A stretch of 64,000 nt of DNA from an uncultured Candidatus Binatia bacterium (GTDB lineage Bacteria > Desulfobacterota > Binatia > UBA9968 > JAJDTQ01): NCBI GenBank assembly GCA_965242525.1, contig OZ251459.1:1024001-1088000 (forward strand). Direction: 5' to 3'. Position numbers and translations under genes: made by a program. The notes under the pieces are model-generated. The model made no database searches. It saw only the letters and a list, made by a program, of their open reading frames with translations, and was not told the origin of the DNA. Shown here piece by piece: positions 31,223-40,166 of the stretch. Position 1 is the first letter of the stretch; each line of letters begins with the position of its first letter.

Positions 31223-31999
31223 ATGGCGCGCAGGCATCCCGCCGCGGCGGTGGACCGGGCCGCGGAGCTCGACGACGACGTGGAGGTGGGCGCCTACTCC
31301 GTCATCGGCCCCGGGGCCAGGATCGGCAAGGGCACCCGGATCCACTCCCACGTGGTGGTGGAAGGCAACACCTCCATCGGCAGGGACAACGTCATCCACC
31401 CGTTCGCCACCGTCGGCTCCAGGCCCCAGGACCGGAAGTACCGGGGCGAGGACAGCCGGCTGGTCATCGGCGACGGGAACACCATCCGCGAGTTCGCCTC
31501 CCTCAACCCCGGCACCGCGGGGGGAGGCATGGTCACGCGGATAGGACGACGGAACCTGCTGATGATGCAGAGCCACATCGCCCACGACTGCACCCTGGGG
31601 GACGACAACATCGTGGCCAACGGGGCCATGCTCGGCGGCCACGTGGTGGTGGGGGACCGCGTCATCATCGGCGCCCTGGTGGGGGTGCACCAGTTCGTGG
31701 CCATCGGCAGCGGCGCCATCGTCGGGGCGGGGTCCATGGTCTCCAAGGACGTGCCTCCCTACTGCAACGCCACCGGCGACCGCGTGAGGCTGCGCGGACT
31801 CAACGTCGAAGGGCTCCGGAGGCTCGGCCTCGACAAGGGCCGGGTCGAAGCCATCCGGCGCGCGTACCGCATACTCTTCCGGTCGAGGCTGCGGCTCGAC
31901 CAGGCCCTGGAGCGGGTCCGCGGGGAAGTCCCCCGGACGTGCGAGGTGGACCGCATCATCGCCTTCGTGGAGAACTCCCGCCGGGGGGTCTGCCGCTGA
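31223..31999 (+). CDS. lpxA: UDP-N-acetylglucosamine O-acyltransferase
   Basis: PQDRKY, HIAHDC, VHQF and GLNVEGLRR motifs. Confidence 0.95.
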   Translation: MARRHPAAAVDRAAELDDDVEVGAYSVIGPGARIGKGTRIHSHVVVEGNTSIGRDNVIHPFATVGSRPQDRKYRGEDSRLVIGDGNTIREFASLNPGTAGGGMVTRIGRRNLLMMQSHIAHDCTLGDDNIVANGAMLGGHVVVGDRVIIGALVGVHQFVAIGSGAIVGAGSMVSKDVPPYCNATGDRVRLRGLNVEGLRRLGLDKGRVEAIRRAYRILFRSRLRLDQALERVRGEVPRTCEVDRIIAFVENSRRGVCR

Positions 32000-32838
32000 T
32001 GGGAACGGACCGCATGACCGTGGACAAGGTGGGCCTCATCGCCGGCAGCGGCCGTTTCCCGTTGCTGTTCGCCCAGAACGCACGGGAGTCCGGGGTGCGC
32101 GTGGTCGCGGTGGCGCACCGGGGCGAGACCGCGGAGGAGATCGAACGGTTCGCGGAAGAGGTGACCTGGGTCCACGTGGGACAGCTCGGAAAGATCATCC
32201 GCACCTTCCGGAACGCGGACGTCCGCAACGCCGTGATGGCGGGGGGCATCCGCAAGGGGCGTCTCCTGTCCCGCTTCAGGCCCGACCCCAGGGGCCTGGC
32301 CCTCCTGGCGCGGATGAAGCGCCGGGACGACGACTACCTGCTGCGGGGCGTGGCCGCGGAGCTCGAGCGCGAAGGGATCCGGGTGCTGGAGTCCACGCTG
32401 TTCTTGGATCGGATCGTCCCCGCGGAGCCGGGAGTGCTGACCCGGACCGAGCCCGACCCGGAGCAGTGGGAGGACGTGCGCCTGGGCGTCCCCGCGGCCA
32501 AGACCCTGGGGGGCCTGGGGATCGGCCAGACCCTCGTGCTCAAGGCCGGGGTCATCCTCGCGGTGGAGGCCATCGAGGGCACGGACGCGGCCATCCGGCG
32601 CGGTGGCGGGATGGTGGAGGGCGCCGTGGTGGTGGTGAAGATGAGCAAGCCGCAGCAGGACCTGCGCTTCGACGTGCCGGCCGTCGGTCCGGGGACCATC
32701 GAGGTCCTGAAGGAGGCGGGCGGGGGCGTGCTGGCGGTGGAGCCGCGGCGCTCGATCCTGCTGGACAGGGAGAAGCTGCTCGCGGCCGCGGACCACGCAG
32801 GGATCGCCGTGGTGGCGGCGGCGCCGGACCCGGCATGA
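31999..32838 (+). CDS. lpxI: UDP-2,3-diacylglucosamine diphosphatase LpxI
   Basis: GLIAGSGRFP, IGQT, AVEAIEGTD and KPQQDLRFDVPAVG motifs. Confidence 0.9.
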   Translation: MGTDRMTVDKVGLIAGSGRFPLLFAQNARESGVRVVAVAHRGETAEEIERFAEEVTWVHVGQLGKIIRTFRNADVRNAVMAGGIRKGRLLSRFRPDPRGLALLARMKRRDDDYLLRGVAAELEREGIRVLESTLFLDRIVPAEPGVLTRTEPDPEQWEDVRLGVPAAKTLGGLGIGQTLVLKAGVILAVEAIEGTDAAIRRGGGMVEGAVVVVKMSKPQQDLRFDVPAVGPGTIEVLKEAGGGVLAVEPRRSILLDREKLLAAADHAGIAVVAAAPDPA

Positions 32839-33776
32839 GCGGCCCCGGGACCAACGGCCGCGTCGCCGCGGGAGTCGTGGGCGTGGGCCATCTGGGGAGC
32901 CTGCATGCGTCCAAGTACGCGGCTTCGTCCTCGGCCGAACTGGTGGGCCTGGCCGACATCGACCCGCGGCGGGCCCGGGAGATGGGCCGCCGCTACCGGG
33001 CGCCGGCCGTGACCGACTACCGTGACCTCCTGGACAAGGTCCGCTGCGTCAGCATTGCGGTCCCCACCCGGGAGCACTACCGGGTGGCCCGGGACTTCCT
33101 GGCCGCGGGGATCGACGTGCTGGTGGAGAAGCCCATTGCCTCCGCGGTGCCCGACGGTCGCGAGCTGGTGGACTTGGCCCGACGGAACGGCTGCATCCTC
33201 CAGGTGGGGCACCTGGAACGGTTCAACCCGGTGGTGCGCGAGGTGGAGGGGTTCGTGTCCGCGCCCCGGTTCGTCGAATGCCACCGGCTGGCGCCGTTCG
33301 TGGCCAGAGGCACCGACGTGGACGTGGTGCTGGACCTGATGATCCACGACATCGACGTGATCTCGAGCCTCGTCCACGCGCCCGTGGCCGGCATCGACGC
33401 CACCGGCGTGGCCGTGCTCACGGACAAGCCGGACATCGCCAACGCGCGCATCCGCTTCGAGGACGGCTGCGTGGCCAACGTCACCGCCAGCCGGGTGTCC
33501 GTGAAACGGGAGCGCAAGATCCGGTTCTTCCAGCACGACGCCTATATCTCCCTGGACTACGACGCCAGGGAGGCGCAGGTCTATCGGATGGAAGACCGGA
33601 GCCGGGGATGGGAGGGGATCCGGAGCGAGACCATCTCCCCGGAGGACGGCGACCCCCTCCGGGACCAGATCGAGTCCTTCCTGGAGTCGGTGGCCACCCG
33701 CAAGAGTCCCCTGGTGGGCGGCGAGGACGGGCTGCACGCCCTGGAGATCGCATCGGCCGTCAGCGAGCGGTTGTAG
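32835..33776 (+). CDS. Gfo/Idh/MocA oxidoreductase, GnnA-like (UDP-GlcNAc 3-dehydrogenase)
   Basis: GVGHLG, VLVEKP, QVGHLERFNP and DVVLDLMIHDID motifs. Located between lpxA/lpxI and lpxB. Confidence 0.8.
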   Translation: MSGPGTNGRVAAGVVGVGHLGSLHASKYAASSSAELVGLADIDPRRAREMGRRYRAPAVTDYRDLLDKVRCVSIAVPTREHYRVARDFLAAGIDVLVEKPIASAVPDGRELVDLARRNGCILQVGHLERFNPVVREVEGFVSAPRFVECHRLAPFVARGTDVDVVLDLMIHDIDVISSLVHAPVAGIDATGVAVLTDKPDIANARIRFEDGCVANVTASRVSVKRERKIRFFQHDAYISLDYDAREAQVYRMEDRSRGWEGIRSETISPEDGDPLRDQIESFLESVATRKSPLVGGEDGLHALEIASAVSERL

Positions 33777-34955
33777 ATGGCCCGCCGCGCTTCCGCAGAT
33801 CCGCCCCGCAGGGTCATGCTGGTGGCGGGGGAAGCCTCGGGAGACGCCCGGGGGGCCGAGTTGGTGCGCATCCTGCGGCAGCGCAGTCCGTCGGTGGAGC
33901 TGTTCGGCATGGGCGGAGCCAACCTCCGGGACGCCGGCATGAAGGTGGCGTACGACATCGCCAAGGTGGCGGGGGTCGGGATCTGGGAGGTCATCGGGAA
34001 CCTCCGGCGCCTCTGGCTGGCGTACCGGCTGCTGCGGCGGCTGCTGCGGGAGCGCACGCCGGACCTGCTGGTCCTCATCGACTTCCCGGAGTTCAACATG
34101 CGGCTCGCGCGAGTCGCCCGGCGGCGCGGCGTCGCCGTCCTCTACTACGTCAGTCCGCAGGTATGGGCGTGGCGGCGCTACCGCATCCGCAAGATCGCGT
34201 CGAGGGTGGACGCCATGGCCGTGGTGTTCCCCTTCGAGGCGGACCTCTACCGCTCCTTCGGCATGAAGGACGTGGCTTTCGTCGGGCACCCGCTGGTGGA
34301 CGCCGTAAGCCCCGCAAAGGATCGGGCCGAGAGCCTGCGGGACATGGGACTGGACCACGGCAAGCTGACCGTGGCCCTGATGCCCGGCAGTCGGACCAAG
34401 GAGGTCGCATCCCTGACCGGTCCCATGATCGAAGCGGCCGGACGCCTGGCCCGGGAACGGGACGTCCAGTTCGTCCTGATCCGGGCCAGCACCATCGAGC
34501 GCGGCGACCTGGAGCGGGCGCTGGCCGGGGCGCCGGTCACGGTCCGCATCGCCGACGGGGACGGCTACGACGCCCTGGCCGCGGCCGACCTAGTGTGGGT
34601 GGCCTCGGGGACGGCGACGCTGGAGGCGGGCCTGCTGCGGAAGCCCATGGTCATCGCCTACCGGTTGTCGCCGTTGAGCTACTGGCTGGGACGCCTGCTC
34701 GTGCGGGTGGACCACATCGGCATGGTCAACATCATCGCCGGGGAGCGCGTGGTGCCGGAGCTGGTCCAGGACGAGGTCACCGCGGACCGGATCGTCGCCG
34801 AGACCCGGCGCATGCTCCGGCCGGAAGTCCGCCGGTCCGTGGTCCGGAAACTCGCCGCGCTGCGGCATCGACTGGGCCCGTCCGGGGCGCCCGGACGGGT
34901 GGCGGACATGGCCCTGGCGCTGCTGGCGCGGACCGGACCGGGGAGTTCCCCGTGA
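33777..34955 (+). CDS. lpxB: Lipid-A-disaccharide synthase
   Basis: AGEASGD, IDFPEFN, SPQVWAWR, PGSR and SGTATLE motifs. Confidence 0.96.
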   Translation: MARRASADPPRRVMLVAGEASGDARGAELVRILRQRSPSVELFGMGGANLRDAGMKVAYDIAKVAGVGIWEVIGNLRRLWLAYRLLRRLLRERTPDLLVLIDFPEFNMRLARVARRRGVAVLYYVSPQVWAWRRYRIRKIASRVDAMAVVFPFEADLYRSFGMKDVAFVGHPLVDAVSPAKDRAESLRDMGLDHGKLTVALMPGSRTKEVASLTGPMIEAAGRLARERDVQFVLIRASTIERGDLERALAGAPVTVRIADGDGYDALAAADLVWVASGTATLEAGLLRKPMVIAYRLSPLSYWLGRLLVRVDHIGMVNIIAGERVVPELVQDEVTADRIVAETRRMLRPEVRRSVVRKLAALRHRLGPSGAPGRVADMALALLARTGPGSSP

Positions 34956-36691
34956 ACGTCTATCGGCGCCTGCTCCGGTACCTGCGGCCCTACGTGTGGC
35001 CCTGGTTCTGCGGCGCGGTCCTGTGCATGCTGTCGTTCAGCGCCACCACCGCGGCGGGGCCTTTCGTGGTCCGGGACATCATGGACCAGGTGTTCGTCAA
35101 CCGGAACCACCAGATGCTGACGTTCATCCCCTTGGCGGTGGTGGCCTTCTTCACCCTTCGCGGGGTCTTCAGCTTCGGCCAGGTGTATCTCATGGACTAC
35201 GCGGCCGAACGGATCATCTGCGACCTCCGGTCCGCCCTGTGCGGGAAGCTCCAGCGGCTCTCCCTGGCCTACCTCCACCGGCACCCCACCGGCACGCTGC
35301 TGTCCCGGGTCACCAGCGACGTGGAGCTGGTGCGGAGCGCGCTTACCAGCTCGGTGGCCTCGGTGGCCCGGGACAGCGCCTCGGTGGCGGCGTTGACCCT
35401 GGTGGCGTTCTACATGGACTGGTTCCTGGCGGCCATCGCCTTCGTGGCGTTCCCCGCGGCCGTGCTTCCGGTCAGGCGGCTCACCAACCGGGTCCGGAAG
35501 GCGACCGGGAGGAGCCAGGCCAGCACGGGGATGCTCACCGCCATCCTCCAGGAGAGCCTCCAGGGCAGCTCTATAGTCAAGGCCTTCGGCATGGAGCGCT
35601 ACGAGCTGGCCCGGTTCGACCGGGAGAACCGGGAGATCCTGCGCCACGCGCTCAAGGCGAGCTGGGCCAAGGCCGTCATGCCCTCGGCCACCGAGTTCCT
35701 GGCGTCCCTGGGCATCGCGGGGGTGCTGTGGTACGGCGGCAACGCGGTCATGGAAGGCGGCCGCACCGCGGGAGAGTTCTTCGCTTTCATCACCGCGGTC
35801 TATCTCATGTACGAGCCTTTCAAGCGCCTGGCCCGGACCTTCCCCGCCATCTACCAGGGGATCGCCGGCGGCGAGCGCATCTTCGAGGTGCTGGACGCGC
35901 CGCTGGACGTGACCGACGCCCCCGACGCCGTGCCCGCGGCAGGTTTCGCCGACCGCATCGTCTTCCGGGACGTGGGCTTCGGTTACGGGAAGGAGCCGGT
36001 GTTGCACCGCGTCAACCTGGAGGTCCGGCGCGGCGAGATGGTGGCGGTGGTGGGGGTGAGCGGGGCCGGCAAGACGACCCTCTCCACGCTGGTCCCGCGG
36101 TTCTACGACGTGTCCTCGGGCAGCATCACCCTGGACGGCGTGGACCTGCGCAAACTGACCATCGAGTCCCTCCGACGCCAGATCGGCATCGTGACCCAGC
36201 ACACCTTCCTCTTCAACGACACCGTGAAGAACAACATCTCCTACGGGGACCCGTCCCGGGGCATGGACGACATCGTCGTCGCAGCCAAGGCGGCCAACGC
36301 CCACGACTTCGTCATGGAGTTGCCCGCGGGGTACGACACGGTGGTCGGCGAGCTGGGGCTGCGGCTCTCCGGCGGCCAACGGCAGCGCATCGCCATCGCC
36401 CGCGCGGTGCTGAAGAACGCCCCCATCCTGATACTCGACGAGGCCACGTCCTCCCTCGACTCGGAGTCCGAGCGGCTGGTGCAGGACGCTCTGGACGGCC
36501 TCATGAAGGACCGGACCAGCCTGGTCATCGCCCATCGGCTATCGACCATATGCAACGCCACCCGCATCGTGGTCCTGGCCGGGGGCGCCATCCTGGAAGA
36601 AGGGACGCACCGGGACCTGCTCGCGCGGGAAGGGGAGTACCGCCGCCTCCATGCCCTGCAGGCCGTGGATGACGGCGCGGGAAGCAGGTGA
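34952..36691 (+). CDS. msbA: Lipid A ABC flippase MsbA
   Basis: TMD fused to NBD (GVSGAGKT, LSGGQRQR, LDEATSSLD), in the lipid A operon. Confidence 0.88.
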   Translation: MNVYRRLLRYLRPYVWPWFCGAVLCMLSFSATTAAGPFVVRDIMDQVFVNRNHQMLTFIPLAVVAFFTLRGVFSFGQVYLMDYAAERIICDLRSALCGKLQRLSLAYLHRHPTGTLLSRVTSDVELVRSALTSSVASVARDSASVAALTLVAFYMDWFLAAIAFVAFPAAVLPVRRLTNRVRKATGRSQASTGMLTAILQESLQGSSIVKAFGMERYELARFDRENREILRHALKASWAKAVMPSATEFLASLGIAGVLWYGGNAVMEGGRTAGEFFAFITAVYLMYEPFKRLARTFPAIYQGIAGGERIFEVLDAPLDVTDAPDAVPAAGFADRIVFRDVGFGYGKEPVLHRVNLEVRRGEMVAVVGVSGAGKTTLSTLVPRFYDVSSGSITLDGVDLRKLTIESLRRQIGIVTQHTFLFNDTVKNNISYGDPSRGMDDIVVAAKAANAHDFVMELPAGYDTVVGELGLRLSGGQRQRIAIARAVLKNAPILILDEATSSLDSESERLVQDALDGLMKDRTSLVIAHRLSTICNATRIVVLAGGAILEEGTHRDLLAREGEYRRLHALQAVDDGAGSR

Positions 36692-36722
36692 ACGGGAAGC
36701 CCATGGACGGAGCGGCCGGCCG

Positions 36723-38039
36723 GTGACCAGCCTCTACAACGCGCTCCTGCACGCAGGGTTGATCCTGGGACTGTTGTTGTGGCCCCTGGGCCTGCTGGCG
36801 CCGCGGCGCCTCTGCCGCGGCCTGGGGGAGCGTTTCACTTGGTACGCCCCGGAGCTCACGGCCGCCCTCGCGGGCTCCCGCCCCATCTGGCTCCACGCCG
36901 CCTCCGTGGGCGAGGTGCGGTCCGCGGCGCCGCTGGTGCGGCGCATGAGGAGCCGATGGCCGGACCGCAAGCTGCTGGTATCCACAGTGACCGCCACCGG
37001 GAACCGGACCGCGCGGGAGGCGCTCCCGGAAGTCGATGGCGTGACCTACCTGCCCCTGGACCTGCCGTGGCTGGTCTCCCGGAGTTTGCGGCGCCTCCGT
37101 CCCGAACTGGTCGTCCTGCTGGAAACGGAGATCTGGCCCAACTTCATCCGTGCAGCGCACCGGCTGCGCATCCCCGTGGTGGTGCTCAGCGGACGCCTGT
37201 CGCCGGGCTGCGCCCGGACCTACCGGCGTTTCCGCGGCCTGTTCGGGCCGGTCCTGGAGCGGGTCTCCGGGTTCGGCATGCAGGACCGGGAGAACGCCGG
37301 CCGGGTCCTGGGGCTCGGGGTGGACCCGGACAGGGTCGCCGTGACCGGGAGCCTGAAGCAGGCGGAAGCCGTGACCGGCGCGCTCCCGGACCTCTTCGGC
37401 CCCGGGGGCCCGGGGCGCCCGGTGGTGGTGGCGGGGAGCCTCCACCGGGGCGAGGAAGAGGCGCTGCTGGACGTCCTGCCCGAGTTGCGCCGCGGTTTTC
37501 CGGCGCTCCTGATGGTCCTCGCCCCGCGGCACCCCCAACGGTTCGGCGAGGTCGAGCGCCTGCTGCGGCGGCGGAGCCTCCGCTACTCGAAGCGCAGCCG
37601 GACCCGCGGCGCGCCGCCCGATGACTGCTGCGTGCTGCTGCTGGACACCCTGGGGGAATTGCCGCAGCTCTACGGCTGGGCCGACGTGGCGTTCGTGGGC
37701 GGCAGCCTGGTCCCGGTGGGAGGGCACAACCTCATGGAGCCCGCCCGCTGGGGCAAGCCGGTGCTCTTCGGACCGCACCGGTCCAACGTCTCCGAGACCG
37801 CGCGGGAGCTGCTCGAGCAGGGCGGCGGCGCCGAGGTCCGGGACCGCAATGACCTGCGGAGGGAGATCGCGGACCTGCTATCGGACCGGACCCGTGCAGC
37901 GGCCATGGGGCGCCGGGCCCGGCAAGCGGCCCATGCGGACCGGGACGTGGTGTCCCGGAGCATGCAACTGGTGTGCGGACAACTGGGGCGCGCCTCCGGT
38001 CTCGAGGAAACCCCGGACGATCGAGACCGGGAGGCATGA
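36723..38039 (+). CDS. waaA: Kdo transferase
   Basis: IWLHAASVGE, ETEIWPN, APRHPQRF and GGSLVPVGGHNLMEPA motifs. Confidence 0.95.
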   Translation: MTSLYNALLHAGLILGLLLWPLGLLAPRRLCRGLGERFTWYAPELTAALAGSRPIWLHAASVGEVRSAAPLVRRMRSRWPDRKLLVSTVTATGNRTAREALPEVDGVTYLPLDLPWLVSRSLRRLRPELVVLLETEIWPNFIRAAHRLRIPVVVLSGRLSPGCARTYRRFRGLFGPVLERVSGFGMQDRENAGRVLGLGVDPDRVAVTGSLKQAEAVTGALPDLFGPGGPGRPVVVAGSLHRGEEEALLDVLPELRRGFPALLMVLAPRHPQRFGEVERLLRRRSLRYSKRSRTRGAPPDDCCVLLLDTLGELPQLYGWADVAFVGGSLVPVGGHNLMEPARWGKPVLFGPHRSNVSETARELLEQGGGAEVRDRNDLRREIADLLSDRTRAAAMGRRARQAAHADRDVVSRSMQLVCGQLGRASGLEETPDDRDREA

Positions 38040-38154
38040 ACGCGTCCTTCGACTCCGCTTTCCGCTACGCTCGGGACGAACGGGGACGGGAAACGGTGAC
38101 AGGAGGGTCAGGGTGAGGGAATCCATCCCCGATGTCCGGTGGTCCGGACGTTCC
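38006..38154 (+). mobile_element. Degenerate family A MITE spanning the waaA/lpxK junction
   Basis: GGAAACCCCGGACGATC..GCATGAACGCGTCCTTCGACTCCGC..GGACGAACGG..CAGGAGGGTCAGGGTGAGGGAATCCATCCCCGATGTC, collinear with the copy at 56183-56304. Confidence 0.8.
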
Positions 38155-39297
38155 CCGACCGGTACGTGGATACGGCTGGCGCTTCGCGCCTGGAGCCGTC
38201 GGGGCATGGCCGGAGGGGTCCTGTGGGGGCTGCTGTGGCCGTGGAGCGTGGGGTTTCGCCTGGCCGCCGCGGTGCGGAACCTGCTGTACGACATGAAGTG
38301 GCTGAGGACCCGGAGGCTGGCGCACCCGGTGGTGAGCGTCGGCAACCTGACCGTCGGAGGTACCGGAAAGACTCCCGCCAGCCTGTGGCTCGCCCGGAGC
38401 CTGGAGCGCGAGGGCGTGCGGACGGCGATCCTGACCCGGGGCTACGGCAGCCGCGGCACGGCCCGCGGGCCGGTCAGGATCGACCCGGAAGAGGCCCGCG
38501 GGTGGCTGGAACGGCCCGGGCGGGAGGCCCTGGACTACGGTGACGAGGCGGTCATGTTGAGCGCCCTGCACGGACGGACCGTGGGAGTCGGCGCGGACCG
38601 TTACCGGGCGGGGGTCGAGTTGGGACGGGAGGATCACGGCGTCCGGGCGTTCGTGCTGGACGACGGCTTCCAGCACCGCCGGGTGGCAAGGGACCTGGAC
38701 CTGGTGCTGCTGGGTTCCGACTGCCGCGGCTCCATGCTGCCCGCGGGACCGTTCCGGGAGCCGCTGCGCGCACTGGGGCGGGCGGACGTCCTCATCGTCA
38801 CCGGGGCCCACGACCGATGGCGGGAGCTGCTGCGCGGACGCTGCGACGCCTCCAGGGTGTTCTTCGCCTCCCTCCGGCCCGCGGGGGTGCTCGCGCGCAC
38901 GGACCGAGGCCTGGAGGAACTCTCCCTCGGCGTGCTGGCGGGCGCCGGGGTCATGGCGGTGTCGGCCGTGGCCAAACCGGAGCCGTTCCATGCAATGCTC
39001 CAGGAATGCGGGGCCCACATCGTGGATACGCTGGTGTTCCCCGACCACCATCCGTACGGGGAAGGGGACTGGCGCAGGATCAACCGCCACCGGAACGACA
39101 TCGAGAAGATCGTGACCACGGAAAAGGATTTCGTGAAGCTGGTCCGGTTTCCGTTCTTCACCGGCAGACTGCTGGCCCTGAGGGTGGAAATGGACATCGA
39201 CAGGCCCGAAGCGCTGCTGGACCGCGTCCGGGAGGCGGTGCGGCAGCCCGCCCGGGGTGTTGCGGCAGACCGGCGCGCTCCGACGGAGACCCCGTGA
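38113..39297 (+). CDS. lpxK: Tetraacyldisaccharide 4'-kinase
   Basis: SVGNLTVGGTGKTP, TRGYG, LDDGFQH, PAGPFRE, FPDHH and TTEKD motifs. Start inferred at GTG 38113 after AGGAGG. Confidence 0.93.
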   Translation: MRESIPDVRWSGRSPTGTWIRLALRAWSRRGMAGGVLWGLLWPWSVGFRLAAAVRNLLYDMKWLRTRRLAHPVVSVGNLTVGGTGKTPASLWLARSLEREGVRTAILTRGYGSRGTARGPVRIDPEEARGWLERPGREALDYGDEAVMLSALHGRTVGVGADRYRAGVELGREDHGVRAFVLDDGFQHRRVARDLDLVLLGSDCRGSMLPAGPFREPLRALGRADVLIVTGAHDRWRELLRGRCDASRVFFASLRPAGVLARTDRGLEELSLGVLAGAGVMAVSAVAKPEPFHAMLQECGAHIVDTLVFPDHHPYGEGDWRRINRHRNDIEKIVTTEKDFVKLVRFPFFTGRLLALRVEMDIDRPEALLDRVREAVRQPARGVAADRRAPTETP

Positions 39298-40055
39298 CGA
39301 CCGCGCCAAAGCCGGGCCGGGAGATCCCCGAGGGGTTCGAGAAAGTGGTCCCGGGACCCGGACTGACCATGCTGGCGGCCCGGGGCTTCGCCCACGCAGG
39401 TCTCGCGCCGCGGATCCTGGCGCCGGGCGATGGCGCCCCGGCCCGGCACGCGGGGCGCGCCGAGCTCCGTTCGATGACCCTTCCCGACGGAGGCAGCGCC
39501 CTGGTCCGTCCCTACCGCCACGGCGGCGTGCTGCGCCGGCTGACGGGCGACCGGTTCGTCAGCCGTCCGCCCAGACCCTTCGTGGAGCTGGCCGTCACCG
39601 CGGCGGCCCGGGACCGGGGAGTGGCCACCGTGGAAGTCTTGGCCGCCCTCGTGGCCCGGGGCCCGGGTCCGTGGTATCGGGGTTGGCTGGTCACCCGGGA
39701 GCTGGAGGGGGCGCGCAACCTCTGGGACGCGCTGCAAGGGGTACTCTCCGACGAGGAGAAACGGTCCATGCTCCGGAGCGTGGGGCGTTCGCTGCGCCTC
39801 ATGCACGAGTCCGGCATCGACCACCGCGACCTGAACCTCCGCAATCTCCTGGTCCTCCGCGGCGCCCCGGACCCGGAGGTTTACGTCATCGACTTCGACA
39901 AGGCCCGCCTGTTTCCCGGCCCGGCGCCGGCCTCCCGGGCGCGGCGGAACCTGCGCCGCCTGCTGCGCTCGGCCCGCAAGCTCGACCCCGACGGCGCGCT
40001 GCTGCGGCGCGCCGACCGGGATTGCCTGCTGGACGCGTACGGCGCCGAGCCGTGA
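39294..40055 (+). CDS. Kdo/LPS kinase (KdkA/InaA family)
   Basis: RPYRHGG, HRDLNLRNLL, VIDFDKA and NLRRLLRS motifs. Last gene of the LPS operon. Confidence 0.8.
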   Translation: MTTAPKPGREIPEGFEKVVPGPGLTMLAARGFAHAGLAPRILAPGDGAPARHAGRAELRSMTLPDGGSALVRPYRHGGVLRRLTGDRFVSRPPRPFVELAVTAAARDRGVATVEVLAALVARGPGPWYRGWLVTRELEGARNLWDALQGVLSDEEKRSMLRSVGRSLRLMHESGIDHRDLNLRNLLVLRGAPDPEVYVIDFDKARLFPGPAPASRARRNLRRLLRSARKLDPDGALLRRADRDCLLDAYGAEP

Positions 40056-40106
40056 ACCGGACGCCCGCCCCGGTCTGCATCGACTTGGGATGCCTCGAAA
40101 CACGAT

Positions 40107-40143
40107 CCCCGTTCGTCCTGAGCATAGCGAAGCCGACGGACGC
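40107..40143 (-). repeat. Degenerate family A core
   Basis: CCCCGTTCGTCCTGAGCATAGCGAAGCCGACGGACGC. Confidence 0.75.
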
Positions 40144-40166
40144 GCTGCATCCATCCTGCCTTACCA

